Assembly: GCA_021846685.1 (NCBI GenBank)
Contig: JAJZWL010000003.1
Location: 17,700-81,699 of the forward strand
DNA from: a bacterium
GTDB lineage: Bacteria; Patescibacteriota; Dojkabacteria; JAKAPS01; JAJZLI01
DNA length: 64,000 nucleotides
Reading direction: 5' to 3'
Positions 60,594 through 64,000 of this stretch are shown here, piece by piece (within the stretch, counting starts at the first letter, position 1; the number at the start of each line of letters is the position of its first letter). Below the pieces are notes generated by a model, which saw nothing but the letters and a program-made list of their open reading frames with translations, did no database searches and had not been told where the DNA came from. A program made the translations under genes and the position numbers.

Positions 60594-61565
60594 ATGGATC
60601 CAATTATACTAGATCATAAAAAAGATTTTCTATTAAATCTTTTAAACAATAATTATAGTAATGAAACTATATATAATTATAAGAGAGATTTATCTTTATT
60701 TGAATTATTTTTAACATTTAAAAATATTGAATTTGAAAATATTGGCAAAAATGATATTGTCATATTTAAAGACTTTTTACGTACTGGTGAGTATATAAAT
60801 ATATTAAAATTGGATACAAATAATGTCCATAATTTCAGTAAAGATTCTAAAGGTAATCTTTCTCCTAGATCTATTAATAGAGTATTATCATCTCTTAGAA
60901 CATATATTAGATATTTAATAGATTTTGATTTAGATTTTCCTATATCTCCAGAAGTAATTAAGTTAATTAAAACAGAAAAAAAATCATCTCAAGTTGCAGA
61001 ATTTGATGAACTTATAAGATTAATAGAATTTCCTTCTATTTATGAGAAAAATGATTTCGTAAAATTAAGAAATAGAGCTATATTAGAGACTTTATTTTCT
61101 ACAGGTATGCGAATTTCAGAACTTGTATCTTTGAATAAAGATCAAATTAATGATGATGGAAAAATCTATGTTTTAGGAAAAGGAAGAAAACAAAGATTTG
61201 TGTATCTTACTGAAAGAGCCAAGAAAAATATTTTTAATTATTTAGAATTACGAAATGATGAAAATAATGCCCTATTTGTTCCAATAAGAGGAGGGAGAAA
61301 TGGAAATGTAAATTCAAGAATATCTACTAATTATATTCAGGATAAGATTTCTTTTTATAGAAAAAAAATAGGAATAATAGTTCCTACGAGTGCTCATAGT
61401 TTAAGACATGGTTTTGCTACTTATTTAGCTGAAAAAGGTGCTAATGCAGTTGCAATTCAAATACTTTTGGGTCACGAATCTTTACAGACTACAAATAAAT
61501 ATATGCATGCTTCTGATAAATATGCAGAAGAAACTCATAAAAAGTATCATCCATTAAAAGAATAA
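60594..61565 (+). CDS. Tyrosine recombinase, XerC/XerD-like
   Basis: An N-terminal SAM-like core-binding domain and a C-terminal catalytic block (ARGTARISEL ... HSLRHGFATYL...LLGHESLQTTNKYMH) carrying the R..HxxR..Y residues. Confidence 0.75.
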   Translation: MDPIILDHKKDFLLNLLNNNYSNETIYNYKRDLSLFELFLTFKNIEFENIGKNDIVIFKDFLRTGEYINILKLDTNNVHNFSKDSKGNLSPRSINRVLSSLRTYIRYLIDFDLDFPISPEVIKLIKTEKKSSQVAEFDELIRLIEFPSIYEKNDFVKLRNRAILETLFSTGMRISELVSLNKDQINDDGKIYVLGKGRKQRFVYLTERAKKNIFNYLELRNDENNALFVPIRGGRNGNVNSRISTNYIQDKISFYRKKIGIIVPTSAHSLRHGFATYLAEKGANAVAIQILLGHESLQTTNKYMHASDKYAEETHKKYHPLKE

Positions 61566-61569
61566 ATTT

Positions 61570-61911
61570 TTAATTACAACCAGGTTGTGAGTTATTATAA
61601 TTAGGTTTAACTGGGTTATCATTATATTTATTTATTATACTTCCACTTCCTGGATAATAGGTACACAATGTTCCCCCATTATTATAAATTGAATATTGGA
61701 ATACACTAGGTACTGATGTTAATGATTGCTCTTTTAATTGTACTTGCTTTGATGTTCCTCTATATTGAGAATATGCATTTATTATATATTGTTGTATAAA
61801 TTGAGGAGTACTACTAGCATACTCTTTTTTACTTGAAAATAAAAATGATACTAATATAAGAGATACGACAAATATAGATAAAACGATGTATTTTATATTA
61901 TGTTTATTCAT
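61570..61911 (-). CDS. Small secreted protein with signal peptide, hypothetical
   Basis: An N-terminal hydrophobic signal or anchor, then an S/T/N/Y-rich body with Cys residues near the C-terminus. Confidence 0.35.
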   Translation of the reverse strand: MNKHNIKYIVLSIFVVSLILVSFLFSSKKEYASSTPQFIQQYIINAYSQYRGTSKQVQLKEQSLTSVPSVFQYSIYNNGGTLCTYYPGSGSIINKYNDNPVKPNYNNSQPGCN

Positions 61912-62000
61912 TGTTATTTTAACTTTTAATACATTTATAATATAATATATGTTATCTTAAAGTAAAGGGGTATCTTAAATCTATTGCATTAGTATAAATA

Positions 62001-63959
62001 ATGAAGAAGTTATTAAATAAAATTTTTAATCCACCATTGGATATTCTTGTTTTTAAAATATATATATATTGGTTTCTATTAGGAATATCTATATTTATAT
62101 TTTTTTCTAATTATATTTCTAGTATATTTGCATCATTAGTCCTTCTAATTTTTTCGTCTGGTTTTTTTATCTTAAGATATTTAAGAGGAGATATAAAATT
62201 ACCATCTAAATTCGCATACTTATTCCCTATTTTCATTCTTATATCAATTTTATCTGTTTTTTTTAGTGTTGATAAATATGCTTCTATATTAAGTTTAATT
62301 ATATATATTTCTTTATTTATAATATTTATTCTTTCTTTTGATATTTTATCTAAGTCAAAGATTTTGCAGTGGTTCTTATCGTGGTTATTATTTGTAGGAT
62401 CTATATTTTCTATTATAGGACTAGTTTATTATTTTGAAGGATTCAGTAAATATTTTGTAGGTACATTAAATAATTCTTTTGTATCTAGCGCCTTCTTACT
62501 TTTGCTTATACCAATTTCTTTTTATTTTTATATTTTTTCTAATAAAATTTCATTAAAAATAATCACTCTGATCTCTTCATCTCTTTTAGTAATATCTTTA
62601 TTCTTAACATTTTCATATTTTGGATATATTGCTTTATTAATAGAATTGATATGTATATTCTTTATTTTAAGGGAATATTGGATAAAAGATTTATTAAAAA
62701 TTTTTGTATTAATAATATTTATAGCTTTACTTTTTATTGCTATTTTTAATCACCACAAACCTTTTAATACTTTCTATAATAAGTCTAGTAATATAACATC
62801 TGTTTTGAATATATCTTCAAATCAAAGAATTGCCTTATATAAAAATGAATGGAATATTTTTCTTAAAAGACCTATATTAGGCTATGGTGTAGGTACTGTC
62901 TCTGATATATTTAAAAAATATGAATATTCTCCTTGGTTATATATTAATCATGGTTATAATTTTTTTATAGATATATTTTTGGAAGTAGGTATATTTGGAG
63001 GATTATCCTTTTTAATCTTTTTCGCATTTATTTTATATAAAGGTTTTTCAAATATATTTTCGAATTCTAAATACTTGAAATATCAAAAAAAATCCCCTGA
63101 TAATTTTATATTCATTCCAATATTTATCTCTATTTTAGGTGTCATATTTTATTCTTTTTTTAATAATGACTTATCGAGTATTGCTATCTTATTACCTTTA
63201 TTTATATTTGTAGGAATTATATTTAATTATTTTACAACTGAATATAAAGTTTTAAATGGAGTTTCTCGTATTATGTTTATACTATCTATTCTTTTAGTAT
63301 TTGTCTCTTTTGATATGTATTTATCAGGTATATTTTACAATAATGGTATAAAAATTTTGGATGGTAATTTAAATATTACTAAACCTCAAGTAAATACTGC
63401 TCTAAGCTATTTTAATAATTCTTCTTTGTTATTTCCTTTTAATTATAATACATACAATGAAAAAGGAATTAGTTATGAATATTTAAAAGAATATAGTAGT
63501 GCTATATCTAATTTTAAAACATCATTAAGTATTAATACTTATAATCCAAATACAAATTATGAATTAGGGAAAGCATATTATTTTAGTAGTAAGTATAAAA
63601 AATCATTATTATACTTTAAAGATGCCTATAATTTTAATAAGTTATATTCACCTGAATATGATTTGTCTTTAGGAGAATATTATACATTTAGACATCAAAA
63701 GAATAAAGCAATAAAGGTATATAAAGAATCTTTAAAATCTTTCCCATTAAAAAATAAATTATATGAGAAATATTCGCAAATTTTTAATAATAATGGATTT
63801 AACAATAATCTTTCATCTATTTATTCTGATTTATATTCAATAACAAAGAATAAATATTATTATAATTTATACAAAAAGTTATCTCCTCTACAAATACAAA
63901 TAAAAAATAATAGTAAAGTTACTACAAAAGTTAAAGTTAAGACTCCAGTAAAAAAATAA
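62001..63959 (+). CDS. Wzy_C (O-antigen ligase/polymerase-like) polytopic membrane protein fused to C-terminal TPR-like repeats
   Basis: About 12 TM helices with a Wzy_C-like loop (YGVGTVSDIF..INHGYNFFIDIFLEVGIFGGLSF), followed by a roughly 200-aa soluble tail with Y/L/K TPR-like periodicity. Confidence 0.5.
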   Translation: MKKLLNKIFNPPLDILVFKIYIYWFLLGISIFIFFSNYISSIFASLVLLIFSSGFFILRYLRGDIKLPSKFAYLFPIFILISILSVFFSVDKYASILSLIIYISLFIIFILSFDILSKSKILQWFLSWLLFVGSIFSIIGLVYYFEGFSKYFVGTLNNSFVSSAFLLLLIPISFYFYIFSNKISLKIITLISSSLLVISLFLTFSYFGYIALLIELICIFFILREYWIKDLLKIFVLIIFIALLFIAIFNHHKPFNTFYNKSSNITSVLNISSNQRIALYKNEWNIFLKRPILGYGVGTVSDIFKKYEYSPWLYINHGYNFFIDIFLEVGIFGGLSFLIFFAFILYKGFSNIFSNSKYLKYQKKSPDNFIFIPIFISILGVIFYSFFNNDLSSIAILLPLFIFVGIIFNYFTTEYKVLNGVSRIMFILSILLVFVSFDMYLSGIFYNNGIKILDGNLNITKPQVNTALSYFNNSSLLFPFNYNTYNEKGISYEYLKEYSSAISNFKTSLSINTYNPNTNYELGKAYYFSSKYKKSLLYFKDAYNFNKLYSPEYDLSLGEYYTFRHQKNKAIKVYKESLKSFPLKNKLYEKYSQIFNNNGFNNNLSSIYSDLYSITKNKYYYNLYKKLSPLQIQIKNNSKVTTKVKVKTPVKK

Positions 63960-64000
63960 ATTAATTACTTTCTATGGTAGATACAATATCATCTTTATTA

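Noticed and set aside
60594-61565. Possible prophage or integrative-element integrase
   Set aside because: There is no adjacent tRNA attachment site, direct repeats or phage genes. The motifs are closer to XerC/XerD. It is kept only as a low-confidence finding.
1-64000. CRISPR arrays, restriction-modification or toxin-antitoxin defence systems, reverse transcriptases/DGRs
   Set aside because: No spaced direct-repeat arrays, methyltransferase/endonuclease motifs or reverse-transcriptase YxDD motifs were seen in any frame.

Overview
The window is a low-GC (~28%), gene-dense bacterial chromosome segment read in the standard code (TAA/TAG/TGA stops). It is almost entirely housekeeping genes of a reduced genome: Mfd is short, EF-Ts is short, and pyrH is absent between tsf and frr. 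Several signals were not in the ORF track and were found by reading the sequence. These are a 413-nt tmRNA (ssrA) on the minus strand with the G3:U70 identity pair, two sub-60-aa genes (secE and rpmG), six tRNAs, an rplJ leader with a terminator hairpin, and two perfect DnaA boxes within a 16-bp direct repeat. Protein-coding content, in order along the window:
- a Clp ATPase 3' end, then rplJ-rplL
- an MreB paralogue co-operonic with a Wzy_C/O-antigen-ligase-like membrane protein, divergent from a PEGA-domain protein
- ndk and rho
- a tRNA(Thr-Tyr-Thr)-rpmG-tRNATrp-secE-nusG-rplK-rplA cluster
- priA, then the mreBCD-mrdA-topA, rpsB-tsf-frr-rseP and rpsU-yqeY-ybeY-pth-mfd operons
- trpS, hisS, dnaX-ybaB-recR, cysS, cca and ychF
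- pilN/pilO-like genes
- rpoB-rpoC-rpsL-rpsG-fusA, then tRNA-Leu-efp
- M16 and M50 peptidases
- a dksA-like gene and rluD
- a yebC-ruvCAB operon
- a CDGSH/FNR-like pair, a Xer-like recombinase and a Wzy_C-TPR fusion.
There is no CRISPR array, restriction-modification system, reverse transcriptase or obvious prophage. The points most worth follow-up are the MreB-paralogue/glycan-polymerase module, the pilN/pilO-like pair, the CDGSH/FNR pair downstream of a long non-coding region, and two unusually long non-coding regions (6.9-7.6 kb and 58.75-59.62 kb) that carry a GC-rich patch, a 19-bp perfect palindrome and a DnaA box.
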